Source: an uncultured Acidimicrobiales bacterium (GTDB lineage: Bacteria; Actinomycetota; Acidimicrobiia; Acidimicrobiales; SHLQ01). Taken from it: 64,000 bases of DNA. The DNA is taken from the NCBI GenBank assembly GCA_905479685.1, contig CAJQNJ010000008.1:10488-74487 (forward strand), given 5' to 3'. Below, piece after piece: positions 9,190 through 18,944 of this stretch. The notes below the pieces were generated by a model, which did not search any database, was not told the origin of the DNA, and saw nothing but the letters and a program-made list of their open reading frames with translations. The position numbers and the translations under genes are program-made. Numbering within the stretch: position 1 is the stretch's first letter; the number at the start of each line of letters is the position of its first letter.

Positions 9190-10284
9190 ATGTCACGAAG
9201 CAGGTACATCGACGGTGGGGTCGGAATCGCAATCATCGGCTCTGGCGGAATCGGCACGTTGCGAGCCCAGATCTGTCATCGCCATCCAGGGGTCAGGTTT
9301 CTCGGGGTCTGCGACGTCCTCGAAGAGCGGGCATCGACGCTGGCCGCCGCGTGTGACGCCGATGTCTGGACCACCGACGCAATGGAACTCGTCAACCGCG
9401 ACGAGGTCGACTGTGTGATCGTTGCGTCGACCGAGAACGCCCACTTCGATCCAGCGATGGCCGCAATTCAGGCCGGCAAACACGTGCTCATCGAAAAGCC
9501 GATCACGATCGAACCAGATGAGGCGGAGAAGCTTCTTGTCGCGGCCGAAGAGTACAGCGTGTTCGTCTACACCGGATTCACCCAGCGCTTCCGCCGCCGG
9601 TACCTCTCGATCAAGGAAAGCATCGAGAAGGGCTACATCGGCGACATCACCAGTGCGAAGGCCTCGATCTACCTCACGCAGGCCGTAGCGCGTGCCGTGA
9701 TCTCCCGAGCACCAACGACGACGCCGTCGATCAACACCATGACGTACCTTGTCGACCTTCTCACGTGGTTCTCGGGCAAGAAGCCGATATCGAGCTACGC
9801 GGCTGGAGCGAAAGGCATGTTCTACGAGGAGTTCGGAGCACTCGACTCGACCTGGACCGTCCTCACCTACGAAGAAGGTATGGTCGCAACCCTTGGCGCC
9901 AGCTGGGAGGTGCCAGTGTTTTGGCCGGCGAACAACGCGTCCTTGGAGTTCGAGGTCTTCGGACGAGAGGGTTCTGTCAGTGTCAAGGACGATCATCGCG
10001 ACATGATGATCGCTTCGAACAAACGGATGCCCGGGCCCTACACGCCAGACGTCGACATGCACGTCGCAACCTTTGGAAGCAACATGCCCGGCGATTGGGC
10101 ACTTGGAGAGCACTTCGGCGCAATGCAAGAAGAGACACACGCGTTCATCAACAGCGTTGGGCAGCGTCGCCAGGACCCGATTCTCGCGACAGGTCGCGAC
10201 GGGTTCGATGTGTTGAAGATCTCCCGGGCGATCGATCGGTCGGCCAATACTGGCGAAGTCGTGCCGATCACCTGGCTCGACTGA
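9190..10284 (+). CDS. Gfo/Idh/MocA family NAD(P)-dependent oxidoreductase
   Basis: IAIIGSGGIGTLRA Rossmann start and GKHVLIEKP motif. Confidence 0.85.
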   Translation: MSRSRYIDGGVGIAIIGSGGIGTLRAQICHRHPGVRFLGVCDVLEERASTLAAACDADVWTTDAMELVNRDEVDCVIVASTENAHFDPAMAAIQAGKHVLIEKPITIEPDEAEKLLVAAEEYSVFVYTGFTQRFRRRYLSIKESIEKGYIGDITSAKASIYLTQAVARAVISRAPTTTPSINTMTYLVDLLTWFSGKKPISSYAAGAKGMFYEEFGALDSTWTVLTYEEGMVATLGASWEVPVFWPANNASLEFEVFGREGSVSVKDDHRDMMIASNKRMPGPYTPDVDMHVATFGSNMPGDWALGEHFGAMQEETHAFINSVGQRRQDPILATGRDGFDVLKISRAIDRSANTGEVVPITWLD

Positions 10285-10297
10285 GGCGGTTGGCAAC

Positions 10298-11518
10298 ATG
10301 GGAGCCATGCTCGAAGGAATCACCATCATCGAACTCGGAGGTGTCATCGCTGGGAACTTCGGCCAGGTAATCCTCGCCGACCTCGGTGCAGAGATCATCA
10401 AGATCGAACCCAAGACCGGCGACACGGCTCGCAACGCGAGCATGGCTGGAATTGATGGTGAGAGCGCGATCCACCTGTTCATGAATCGTGGAAAGAAGAG
10501 TGTCTCACTTGATCTGAAGACCGAGGAAGGACTTCAGATCCTCCATCGATTGGTGGAGCAGGCCGATGTCGTCATCGACAACTTCCGCCCCGGGGTGTTG
10601 GCTCGCTTGGGCGTCGATCATGCGACGCTGAAGGAGATCAAGCCAGACATCATCACCGTGAGCGTCACGGGATTCGGCGAAACCGGTCCTCTCAAGGACA
10701 AGCCGGCGTTCGATCTCGTCATACAGGCGTACAGCGGGCACATGTCGATCACAGGAGAGGAAAATGGTCCGCCAGCTCGAGTTGGTGCGCCTCTGGCTGA
10801 CATGTCGGGAGCGATCTACGGATGTATCTCGATTCTTGCGGCCCTGGTCGGGCGAGGCCTCCACGGCACCGGTGCACACGCTGATGTCGCAATGCTCGAC
10901 TCGATGGTGCATCTTCTTGCCTACGACGCCTTGAGCTACCTGACTGCGGGAGCTCAGCCACAGCGGCATGGCTCCGCTCACGCACACATCGTGCCGTGGC
11001 AAGCGTTGCAGTGCTCGGACGGCTTCGTCGTCGTTGCGGCTCGCGATGAGAAATTCTGGCGGAACCTCTGTGACGCCATCGAGCGACCAGATCTCAAGAC
11101 AGATGAACGGGTTGCCAACAACGCCGCACGGCTGATCAATCGGGACTGGCTCGTGCCACAACTCGAGGCAGCATTCGTCAACAAGACCCAGGCCGAGTGG
11201 GTACAGATTCTCGACGAGTTCGACGTACCCTCGGCGCCGGTCAGCACCTTTGACTCGCTGTTCGCAGACCCACAGGTCGAGGCCCGTGAAATGATTCAGA
11301 GCTACGAACATCCAACGATCGGTGACGTCACATACCAGCCAAGTCCGATGAAGATCGAGGGCTACAGCTTTCCGAATGGGCACGCGCCGATGCTCGGTGA
11401 ACACACAGAACTGATCCTCACCGAACGGCTTGGCTACACGCCCGAACGGATCCGTGAGCTCGACGCCGAAGGGGTCGTGAAAGCATGGAGTCCCGAAGAA
11501 GCAAGAGACGAGAGCTGA
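10298..11518 (+). CDS. Family III CoA-transferase (CaiB/BaiF)
   Basis: LEGITIIELGGVIAG...LADLGAEIIKIEP...DVVIDNFRPGVLARLG is a typical CaiB N-terminus. Confidence 0.9.
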   Translation: MGAMLEGITIIELGGVIAGNFGQVILADLGAEIIKIEPKTGDTARNASMAGIDGESAIHLFMNRGKKSVSLDLKTEEGLQILHRLVEQADVVIDNFRPGVLARLGVDHATLKEIKPDIITVSVTGFGETGPLKDKPAFDLVIQAYSGHMSITGEENGPPARVGAPLADMSGAIYGCISILAALVGRGLHGTGAHADVAMLDSMVHLLAYDALSYLTAGAQPQRHGSAHAHIVPWQALQCSDGFVVVAARDEKFWRNLCDAIERPDLKTDERVANNAARLINRDWLVPQLEAAFVNKTQAEWVQILDEFDVPSAPVSTFDSLFADPQVEAREMIQSYEHPTIGDVTYQPSPMKIEGYSFPNGHAPMLGEHTELILTERLGYTPERIRELDAEGVVKAWSPEEARDES

Positions 11519-11522
11519 CCTG

Positions 11523-12482
11523 ATGAGATTCGGGACCATGGTTCCCCAAGGCTGGAAACATGACCTCGAGGATGTTGCGAACGACCAACAGTGGGACCAC
11601 ATCCTCGACGCCGCCCACACCATCGAGGCCGACGGCTGGGATTCACTCTGGGTGTACGACCACTTCCACACGCACCCTGTCGTCACCCACGAGTCCGTCT
11701 TCGACGCGTGGACACTCATGGCGTCGATCGCGGCGGTCACGAATCGGATTCGGATCGGGCAGATGTGTACCTGCGTGTTGTACCGCCCACCGTCGTTGCT
11801 CGCAAAGATGGCAGCATCGGTTGATGCGATTTCGAAAGGTCGTCTCGACGTCGGGATCGGGGCTGGTTGGAGCGACAAGGAGTTCGCTGCCTACGGGTAC
11901 GAGTATCCGTCCAACAAGGTTCGTCTCGACATGCTCGAAGAGGCGGCACAGGTCCTCAAGACGATGTGGACAAACGACGAGGCGTATTTCGACGGTGAGC
12001 ATTATCAGCTTCGCGGCGCGATCACCCGGCCGCTCCCGCAACAGGATCCTCATCCCCCGCTGTGGATCTGCGGAGGCGGCGAGAAGCGCACCCTTCGGAT
12101 CGTCGCCAAGTATGGCGACATGTCGAACTTCGGGGACAGCGTCGCTGACTTCGTCCACAAGTCCGAAGTTCTGGCAGGTCATTGTGAGGAGGTCGGTCGC
12201 AACTTCGACGAGATCGGGCGCTCGGTTCATCTGATGTCGATCGTCGGACGCGACCAGGCCGATCTCGACGCCAAGTTGCAGGTTGCCGCTCGTCGCCGGA
12301 ACGGTACTCCAGAAGAGTTCGCCGCAGAACACCTCGTGGGAACCGTCGAGCAGGTCAGCGACATCGTCGGGCAGTACGCCGATGCGGGGTGCGCGGAGCT
12401 CATCTTGTACTTCTACGACATGGGCGCGCACGACAGCCAGCAACTCTTCGCGTCTGAGATCATGGCCCAACATCAATCGTGA
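11523..12482 (+). CDS. Luciferase-like (LLM class, probably F420/flavin-dependent) oxidoreductase
   Basis: MRFGTMVPQGW...WDSLWVYDHF...RIRIGQMCTCVLYRPP...GIGAGW is the LLM pattern. Confidence 0.8.
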   Translation: MRFGTMVPQGWKHDLEDVANDQQWDHILDAAHTIEADGWDSLWVYDHFHTHPVVTHESVFDAWTLMASIAAVTNRIRIGQMCTCVLYRPPSLLAKMAASVDAISKGRLDVGIGAGWSDKEFAAYGYEYPSNKVRLDMLEEAAQVLKTMWTNDEAYFDGEHYQLRGAITRPLPQQDPHPPLWICGGGEKRTLRIVAKYGDMSNFGDSVADFVHKSEVLAGHCEEVGRNFDEIGRSVHLMSIVGRDQADLDAKLQVAARRRNGTPEEFAAEHLVGTVEQVSDIVGQYADAGCAELILYFYDMGAHDSQQLFASEIMAQHQS

Positions 12483-14533
12483 CCGATCTCAGCTCGTTGT
12501 TGGCACCTCGATCCATCGCTATTGCGGGGCTTTCCGCAGACTCGACGAAGCACGGTCAACGCGTACTGAACAACATGCGCCGTCTCGGATACGCCGGACA
12601 GATCTGGGGAGTGAACCCGAATCTTCCACAGCTCGATGGCGTCGACGTTGTCGGATCGATCGCCGAGTTGCCCGAGGTCCCAGATGTCATCGTTTCCGCG
12701 ATCCCTGCGCGCGCCGTAGGGAACCTGGCTCGGGAAGCAGGGCGTCTCGGTGTCGGTACGGTGATCGTCTTTGCCGGCGGCTTTGCCGAGGCTGGCGAGC
12801 AGGGCCGGTCGCTCCAGGACGAACTCGTCGCGGCATCACGCGAAACCGGGGTGAGGATCCTGGGTCCGAATTCGGGTGGAGTCATCGTCCCATCTCAGGG
12901 CGTGGCCATGAGCTTCCTCACCTGTCTCGATCGACCGCCGAGCCAAATCCGTTCAGGCCCGGTCGGATTGGTCACCCAGAGCGGCGGAATGGGCAGCTAC
13001 GTCCACAACCTCGCTGCAGCAGCTGGTGACGGTCTCGCAGCATCGATCTCGACTGGTAACGAAGCCGATCTGGGGGTCGCGGACGGAATCCTCGCCCTCG
13101 TGGCGATGCCCGGCGTCAAGGCAATTTCGGTGATTCTCGAAACCGTCCGCAACGGCCCCGCCTTCGTCGAAGCGCTCGCCGCTGCCAACGAAGCCGGGAT
13201 ACCGGTTGTCATCACCCGGATCGGAAAGTCCCCGCGCGGGCGCCGGTTGATGACCACCCACACGGGAGCACTCGCGCAACCTGAGCGAGTGGCGCAGGGC
13301 GTGCTCGATGAGTTCGGCGTGACGGTCGCCGAGACCCCAGCCGAGATGTTCGAAGTGGCGAGTATTCTCGCTCGGACTCCGAAGCTCTCGGGACCACGTG
13401 TCGGTATCGTCACGCACTCCGGCGGCGTAGCGATCATGCTGAGTGATCTGGCCGAAGGCACGACGATCGAGCTGCCGCAACCCAGCTCCTCTCTTCGGTC
13501 CACACTCGAACCTCTGCTCCAACAGGGGGCCGTCGACAACCCACTCGACATGGGGGGAATCATCGGCGGTGCACACCGGTTTGGTGAGGTGGTCGCTGCA
13601 GTGGCTCGATCTGGGGACGTCGATGCAGTCCTCGCTGTAAGCAGCGCCCATCCTCCCGCACACAGCGAGGAGCGAGTCGCGTCGCTGCTCGAGCAAGACC
13701 TCGACGTACCCGTGATCAATCTATGGATGGCAGGTGACGTCGGGGGTTCCGCGCTCGAGATGCTCCGCCGAGCACACCAGCCGGTGACCGAAGAGCCCCG
13801 CGCTGTGATCCGAGCGATCGCTGCCCTCACGAGGCCAGCTCGTGGAATTGCAGACCCTGATGTTGGGAACGCTGATCCGATGCCGACTGCACCTCTCACA
13901 GAGTTCGCAGCGAAACAGATCGTGGCGTCCTGGGGTGTCCCCGTGGTCGAAGGGCGTCATGTCGCGACCGCTGACGCGGCAGCGGGCGCCGCCGACGCAC
14001 TTGGGTATCCCGTCGTCGTCAAGGTCAGCACGCCCGATGTCCAACACAAGACGGAGTTCGGAGGCGTAGCGGTCAATCTCGCAAGCCGCGACGCGGTTGA
14101 AACAGCGTTCGATCGTGTGCAATCAACGCTGCCCGAGGGGACTTCGGTCGAAGGCGTCCTCGTCGAGAAACACCTCGATGGCCCTGAGGTCATCATCGGC
14201 GGCCTGCGCGACGAAACGTTTGGGCCGATGATCTTGGTCGGGGTCGGTGGTGTCGTAGCCGAGGCACTCGATGACGTCCGTGTCGCACCTGCACCTCTCA
14301 GCGTCGAATCGGCACGTCGAATCATCTCGAACCTGTCCGGTCTGCGCGTACTGACCAACCCGCGCGCATCGACGCCCGCCGACCTGGATGCACTCGCCGC
14401 CATCCTCGCGGACGTGTCGAGGCATTTTGTCAGAAACACGTGGCTGCAAAGCTTCGATCTCAATCCCGTGGTCTGGAACGCTTCGACATGGGTTGCCTTG
14501 GACGCGATGCTCGAGGTCACACCCCGAGGATGA
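12479..14533 (+). CDS. ADP-forming acyl-CoA synthetase (acetate--CoA ligase family; CoA-binding plus ATP-grasp)
   Basis: 684 aa. SIAIAGLSADSTKHG CoA-binding start, then a C-terminal ATP-grasp (GYPVVVKVSTPDVQHKTEFGGV). GTGA overlap with the LLM gene. Confidence 0.85.
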   Translation: MTDLSSLLAPRSIAIAGLSADSTKHGQRVLNNMRRLGYAGQIWGVNPNLPQLDGVDVVGSIAELPEVPDVIVSAIPARAVGNLAREAGRLGVGTVIVFAGGFAEAGEQGRSLQDELVAASRETGVRILGPNSGGVIVPSQGVAMSFLTCLDRPPSQIRSGPVGLVTQSGGMGSYVHNLAAAAGDGLAASISTGNEADLGVADGILALVAMPGVKAISVILETVRNGPAFVEALAAANEAGIPVVITRIGKSPRGRRLMTTHTGALAQPERVAQGVLDEFGVTVAETPAEMFEVASILARTPKLSGPRVGIVTHSGGVAIMLSDLAEGTTIELPQPSSSLRSTLEPLLQQGAVDNPLDMGGIIGGAHRFGEVVAAVARSGDVDAVLAVSSAHPPAHSEERVASLLEQDLDVPVINLWMAGDVGGSALEMLRRAHQPVTEEPRAVIRAIAALTRPARGIADPDVGNADPMPTAPLTEFAAKQIVASWGVPVVEGRHVATADAAAGAADALGYPVVVKVSTPDVQHKTEFGGVAVNLASRDAVETAFDRVQSTLPEGTSVEGVLVEKHLDGPEVIIGGLRDETFGPMILVGVGGVVAEALDDVRVAPAPLSVESARRIISNLSGLRVLTNPRASTPADLDALAAILADVSRHFVRNTWLQSFDLNPVVWNASTWVALDAMLEVTPRG

Positions 14534-14613
14534 CCTCGAGCACGTTCACGTGACCGAGGCTCTCGTCAACCTGCCACGATCGCTTCACCCGCGGTCCGGG
14601 ACCCATGCGGTTG

Positions 14614-15606
14614 CTAGGCCGTGAGCGTCGGACTACCGGTCTCTCGGATCCGATTCATCGCGGCAACCAGCTGTTCGGTGATGCCGGGTTCGTGAGATGA
14701 GTGCCCTGCGTCGGGAACGATCACATAACTCGCCTCTGGCCACACTCGTTTCAGGTCATGAGCATTCTTGGAAGGGCACACCATGTCGTATTGGCCATGG
14801 ACCACAAACGTGGGGATCGATCGGATCTCGTCAATTCGTTGCAGGAGAAGGTCACGAGGTTCAAAACGTCCTGTCGCGAAGTAGTGCGTCTCGAGGCGCG
14901 CAACACTTCTCGCAACATCTGGGTCGTCGAAGTGGGCGGCAAAATCGGGATTGGGCAGCAACGTGCAGCACGCTGCTTCATACGAACTCCATCGCCGAGC
15001 GGCTTCGAGGGCAACATCGTCGTCGCTCGAATCGAGCCGCCGACGATACGCACCCAGGAGGTCGCCGCGCTCTTCCTGCGGGATATGCCCAGCGAACTCT
15101 TCCCATGTCTCGGGGAGGACGGAGCGAACCGAATAGAGCCACCAGTCGAGCTCTTCGTCACGAAACAACCAGATACCGCGAAGAATGAGGGTCCGCACCG
15201 CCTCCGGGCATTCCTGAGCGTAGTAGAGGGCAAGTGTGCTGCCCCATGAACCGCCGAACACATGCCAGGATTCGATGCCGAGTGCGACCCGAAGCTGTTC
15301 GATATCTCGCACCAGATCGTCGATCGTGTTGCTCGAAAGCTCCCCCAGGGGAGTTGATCGACCGCAACCACGTTGGTCGAAGAGCACAACGCGAAAGTGT
15401 TCCGGGTCGAAGAACCGCCGATCGGTAGGGGTGCATCCGGCTCCCGGCCCTCCGTGGAGGAACAGCACGGGCTCACCGTCGGCCTTTCCGACCTGTTCCC
15501 AATACAGCCGGTGAGGATCGGTCACCGCGAGCTCGCCCATCTCGAACGGGTCGATCTCGGGCCAGAACGCACTGGGCTTCGAGGTGCTCATCTCCACGGT
15601 CGCCAA
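14614..15606 (-). CDS. pip: Prolyl aminopeptidase (proline iminopeptidase)
   Basis: LFLHGGPGAGCTP...FDQRGCGRS...GGSWGSTLAL, with a C-terminal AGHS. Confidence 0.85.
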   Translation of the reverse strand: MATVEMSTSKPSAFWPEIDPFEMGELAVTDPHRLYWEQVGKADGEPVLFLHGGPGAGCTPTDRRFFDPEHFRVVLFDQRGCGRSTPLGELSSNTIDDLVRDIEQLRVALGIESWHVFGGSWGSTLALYYAQECPEAVRTLILRGIWLFRDEELDWWLYSVRSVLPETWEEFAGHIPQEERGDLLGAYRRRLDSSDDDVALEAARRWSSYEAACCTLLPNPDFAAHFDDPDVARSVARLETHYFATGRFEPRDLLLQRIDEIRSIPTFVVHGQYDMVCPSKNAHDLKRVWPEASYVIVPDAGHSSHEPGITEQLVAAMNRIRETGSPTLTA

Positions 15607-15699
15607 CCTATCGGTCGAATGCCCGCTGCGAGAGCGGAACGTGATTCTTCTCGACGCGCGCGCTGATACAGCCCTTCGCAGAAGCCAGCAAACTTGTGC

Positions 15700-17319
15700 T
15701 TACTGCCTGATCCAAACGGCACTGTCGGCTGCCAGCAGCCCTGGAGGGTTCACGTGCGACGCGAGAAGGATGTCGCCCTCTGGCATCGGCATCGAGTCTG
15801 ACCCCATGTTCACAACCACCAAGACGTCGCCGCGTTCGTACGCGAGCACATCGGAGCCCATGTCGATCAACTGAAAGTCCGAGACCATAGCGAGGTGCTG
15901 GCGACGAAGCGCGATCGCCGTGCGGTACAGCGAAAGCGACGATGATGTGTCCTGAGTTTGCACCGCAACTGACATGGATCCGAACCTGGCCGGTTGTGGA
16001 ATCCAAGGGTCGCCCGTTCCAAAGCCGAACGATGGACCGTCCTTCTCCCACGGAATTGGAACACGACATCCATCGCGTCCCTTCTCGGTGTGCCCAGACC
16101 GTTCCCATGTCGGATCGTCGAGAACGTCCTGCGGGAGATCCCAGACCTCGGGTAGGCCGAGTTCTTCTCCCTGATAGATGTAGGTGGATCCTGGAAGCGA
16201 CAGCGTGATCAACGCGGCGGCACGTGCCCGCTGGAACCCTGCGCTCTCATCGAGCACCTCGTGGGGGCCTGTCATTGGCCATCGCCGCCACTTCGTTCCG
16301 TTCGGCAGTCCGTACCGTGTGGCGTGACGCATCACGTCATGGTTCGACAGCACCCACGTGGACGCTGCCCCGACGTCCTCGGCGGCTCGAACCGATTTAT
16401 CGATCACCTCGGCAAACGACGGGGCATCCCAATCCGTGTCGAGCAGGTCGAAGTTGAACGACTGATGGTACTCATCTGGTCGGAGGTACAGCGGTAGTCG
16501 ATCAGCAGCCACCCAGGCCTCGGCCACCATCATGCGGTCCTCGTACTCGTCGAGCACGGCCCGCCAGCGTCGGTTGATTTCGTGGACCCCGTCCCGATCC
16601 CAGTGCGGGTGATCTGCGGTCCGCTCGCTCTCGAGAATCGCCGCTTTCTGTGCAACATCGGGGAACGTCAGATCCTTCACCAAGCCGTGCGCGACATCGA
16701 TCCGGAATCCATCGATCCCGCGGTCGAGCCAGAACCGAAAGATACTGTCGAATTCGGCTCGTACTTCTTCGTTCTCCCAATTCAGATCCGGTTGACTCGG
16801 ATCGAACAGGTGCAGGTACCACTCGCCATCGGCGACCTGTTCCCAGGCCGATCCACCAAAGACAGCTGCCCAGTTGGAAGGCGGCTCCGATCCGTCGGCG
16901 CCCTTTCCTCGTTGGAAGATGTAGCGATCACGCGCCGGGTCTCCTGGAGCAGCGTCGAGCGCCTCTTGGAACCATCGATGCTGATCCGATGTGTGATTGG
17001 GTACGAGGTCCGCAATCACCTTGATGCCGTGTGTGTGGGCTTCTTCGATGAAGATCTCGACCTCTTCGGTTGTTCCGAACCGTTCGTCGATCGCTCGATA
17101 GTCGGCGACGTCGTATCCACCATCCTTCAACGGGGACGAATACCACGGGTTGATCCACAGGGCATCGACGCCGAGTTCGCTCAGGTAGCCAAGCTTGCTT
17201 CGAAGCCCTGCGATGTCACCGGTCCCATCACCATTCCCGTCGGCGAAGGAACGGACATACACCTGATACACAACGCCATGGCGCCACCAGTTCTCGGGCC
17301 CGCCGTCAGTGGTGGTCAT
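15700..17319 (-). CDS. GH13 alpha-glucosidase / oligo-1,6-glucosidase family
   Basis: WWRHGVVYQVYVRSFADGNGDGTGDIAGL...DLVPNHTS...GFRIDVAH...EAW...SNHD are the GH13 conserved regions. Confidence 0.9.
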   Translation of the reverse strand: MTTTDGGPENWWRHGVVYQVYVRSFADGNGDGTGDIAGLRSKLGYLSELGVDALWINPWYSSPLKDGGYDVADYRAIDERFGTTEEVEIFIEEAHTHGIKVIADLVPNHTSDQHRWFQEALDAAPGDPARDRYIFQRGKGADGSEPPSNWAAVFGGSAWEQVADGEWYLHLFDPSQPDLNWENEEVRAEFDSIFRFWLDRGIDGFRIDVAHGLVKDLTFPDVAQKAAILESERTADHPHWDRDGVHEINRRWRAVLDEYEDRMMVAEAWVAADRLPLYLRPDEYHQSFNFDLLDTDWDAPSFAEVIDKSVRAAEDVGAASTWVLSNHDVMRHATRYGLPNGTKWRRWPMTGPHEVLDESAGFQRARAAALITLSLPGSTYIYQGEELGLPEVWDLPQDVLDDPTWERSGHTEKGRDGCRVPIPWEKDGPSFGFGTGDPWIPQPARFGSMSVAVQTQDTSSSLSLYRTAIALRRQHLAMVSDFQLIDMGSDVLAYERGDVLVVVNMGSDSMPMPEGDILLASHVNPPGLLAADSAVWIRQ

Positions 17320-17427
17320 GTGCCTCTCCCGTGTTCAGCAGGTGGTCCGAAATCGTCGCAGACCGCGTAGACCGATGATGGTACGTCGATCGGACATCGA
17401 GCACAGGATCTGAGGCACAATCCCTCC

Positions 17428-17865
17428 ATGGATGAATTCATGCAGGCAGCTATCGATGAGGCCGAACTCGGGTGGGCTGAAGGTGGCATCCCGATCGGGT
17501 CGGTGCTCGTGCACGATGGAGAGATCATCGGGCGCGGCCACAACCGTCGCGTACAGAACGGGAGTCCGACCCTGCACGGAGAGATCGATGCGCTCGAGAA
17601 CGCTGGCCGACTACCCGCAGCCGTGTACCGCTCTTGCACGATCTACACCACGCTCTCTCCATGTTCGATGTGTACCGGCGCGATATTGCTCTACGGCATC
17701 CCTCGCGTCGTGGTCGGTGAGAACCAGACATTTCTCGGCGAAGAAGAACTGCTACGTTCGCGAGGGGTGGAGGTCGACGTTCTCGACGAGCCAGGTTGCG
17801 TCGAGATGATGCGTCGCATGATCGCCGAGCGACCAGATGTATGGAACGAGGACATCGGCACATGA
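17428..17865 (+). CDS. Cytosine/nucleoside deaminase (CMP/dCMP-type zinc deaminase, FCY1-like)
   Basis: HGEIDALENAG and LSPCSMCTGA zinc ligand motifs. 145 aa. Confidence 0.85.
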   Translation: MDEFMQAAIDEAELGWAEGGIPIGSVLVHDGEIIGRGHNRRVQNGSPTLHGEIDALENAGRLPAAVYRSCTIYTTLSPCSMCTGAILLYGIPRVVVGENQTFLGEEELLRSRGVEVDVLDEPGCVEMMRRMIAERPDVWNEDIGT

Positions 17866-17913
17866 GCCTTCTCGTACGTCGCACGTGACGGTTCTCGAGG
17901 GCTGACCGACGGC

Positions 17914-18903
17914 CTATTTCGACAGTGCCCGCCAGTCGAGTGGATAGACCTCGTGGTGGCCGTCGATCCCCGCGCGTTCAACCGATCGCGGGGCTCCAAA
18001 GGTCAGGTCACCCCGCGCCGAGGTGATCTCCTTCACGACCGAGGACACCAGGACCTCACCACCGGCAGCGAGATTGGCGACCTGTGCGGCAATGGTCACA
18101 AGGCGGCCGAACAACTCTCGGTTGTCTCGAACTGCCTCACCGGTGTGGCAGCCCATGCGGGCACGGAACGCACGCTCCGGGTTCGCTTCGGCGTGCTCGG
18201 CCAGGTCGGCTTGGACGCGAGCGCAACACAACATCGCCCGTCGGGCACCGGCGAACGTCACCATGTACCCGTCGCCCTGGTTCTCGACGATCGTCCCGCT
18301 GTGCGCGTGGACTCGGGCATCGAAGATCTGGCGGTAGTCGTCGAGAATGGCCATCCACGACGCGTCACCCACCGATGTCGCCAGCTCTGTCGACGACTCG
18401 ATGTCGCTGAACATGATCGTGACGACGTCATCGTCACCTGTCTCGACCGGCAGGCCTGCATGCTCGAGATGTGACGCGGCCAAGGCAACATTCTCGATAC
18501 CGGTGTGACGCAGCGTCGGATCGACCTGATCTGGTGTGTCCTCGCCGACGACGGTTCCGTCGGACCAACCCACGCCTGGCGATGCAATTTCATGCACGGT
18601 GATCGTCGTAGATCCAATCGTAACCACCGCCCCCGGTCGGAGAACGACTGGTTTCTCGATGCGCTGACCGTCGAGAAAGCTCCCGTTGCTGCTCTGCATG
18701 TCGGTCACCACGAGGTGACCACCGGTGTTCTCGATCTGCAGATGATGCCGAGAAACGCGTTCGTCGACCAGAAGCAAACCATCACAATCGCGCCCGAGAT
18801 CGAGGTGCTGCTCGACGATGACATACAGCGGAGATCGGCCCGCCTCCATCACCTTGACGGCTGTGCTCACTTCCCGCCTCCGTTGTTCCCCGGCATCTCG
18901 CAC
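17914..18903 (-). CDS. FHA domain fused to a class III adenylate/guanylate cyclase
   Basis: N-terminal FHA (LGRDCD...VSRHHLQIE...SSNGSFLDGQRI). C-terminal cyclase (VTIMFSDIESSTEL...ENQGDGYMVTF...MGCHTGEA). Confidence 0.85.
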   Translation of the reverse strand: MRDAGEQRRREVSTAVKVMEAGRSPLYVIVEQHLDLGRDCDGLLLVDERVSRHHLQIENTGGHLVVTDMQSSNGSFLDGQRIEKPVVLRPGAVVTIGSTTITVHEIASPGVGWSDGTVVGEDTPDQVDPTLRHTGIENVALAASHLEHAGLPVETGDDDVVTIMFSDIESSTELATSVGDASWMAILDDYRQIFDARVHAHSGTIVENQGDGYMVTFAGARRAMLCCARVQADLAEHAEANPERAFRARMGCHTGEAVRDNRELFGRLVTIAAQVANLAAGGEVLVSSVVKEITSARGDLTFGAPRSVERAGIDGHHEVYPLDWRALSK

Positions 18904-18944
18904 CCAAGTCTAGAAGGGCTGCCAATCCTGGCCGCACAGAAGAC

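Noticed and set aside
9193-11878. Long minus-strand ORFs (9193-10482, 429 aa; 10505-11878, 457 aa), and likewise 26529-27815 (+, 428 aa) and 16582-17370 (+)
   Set aside because: They run antisense to genes with clear family motifs (Gfo/Idh/MocA, CaiB, IOR, GH13). Their products are Arg/Pro/Gly-rich with no recognisable motifs, which is the typical stop-poor shadow frame of high-GC DNA.
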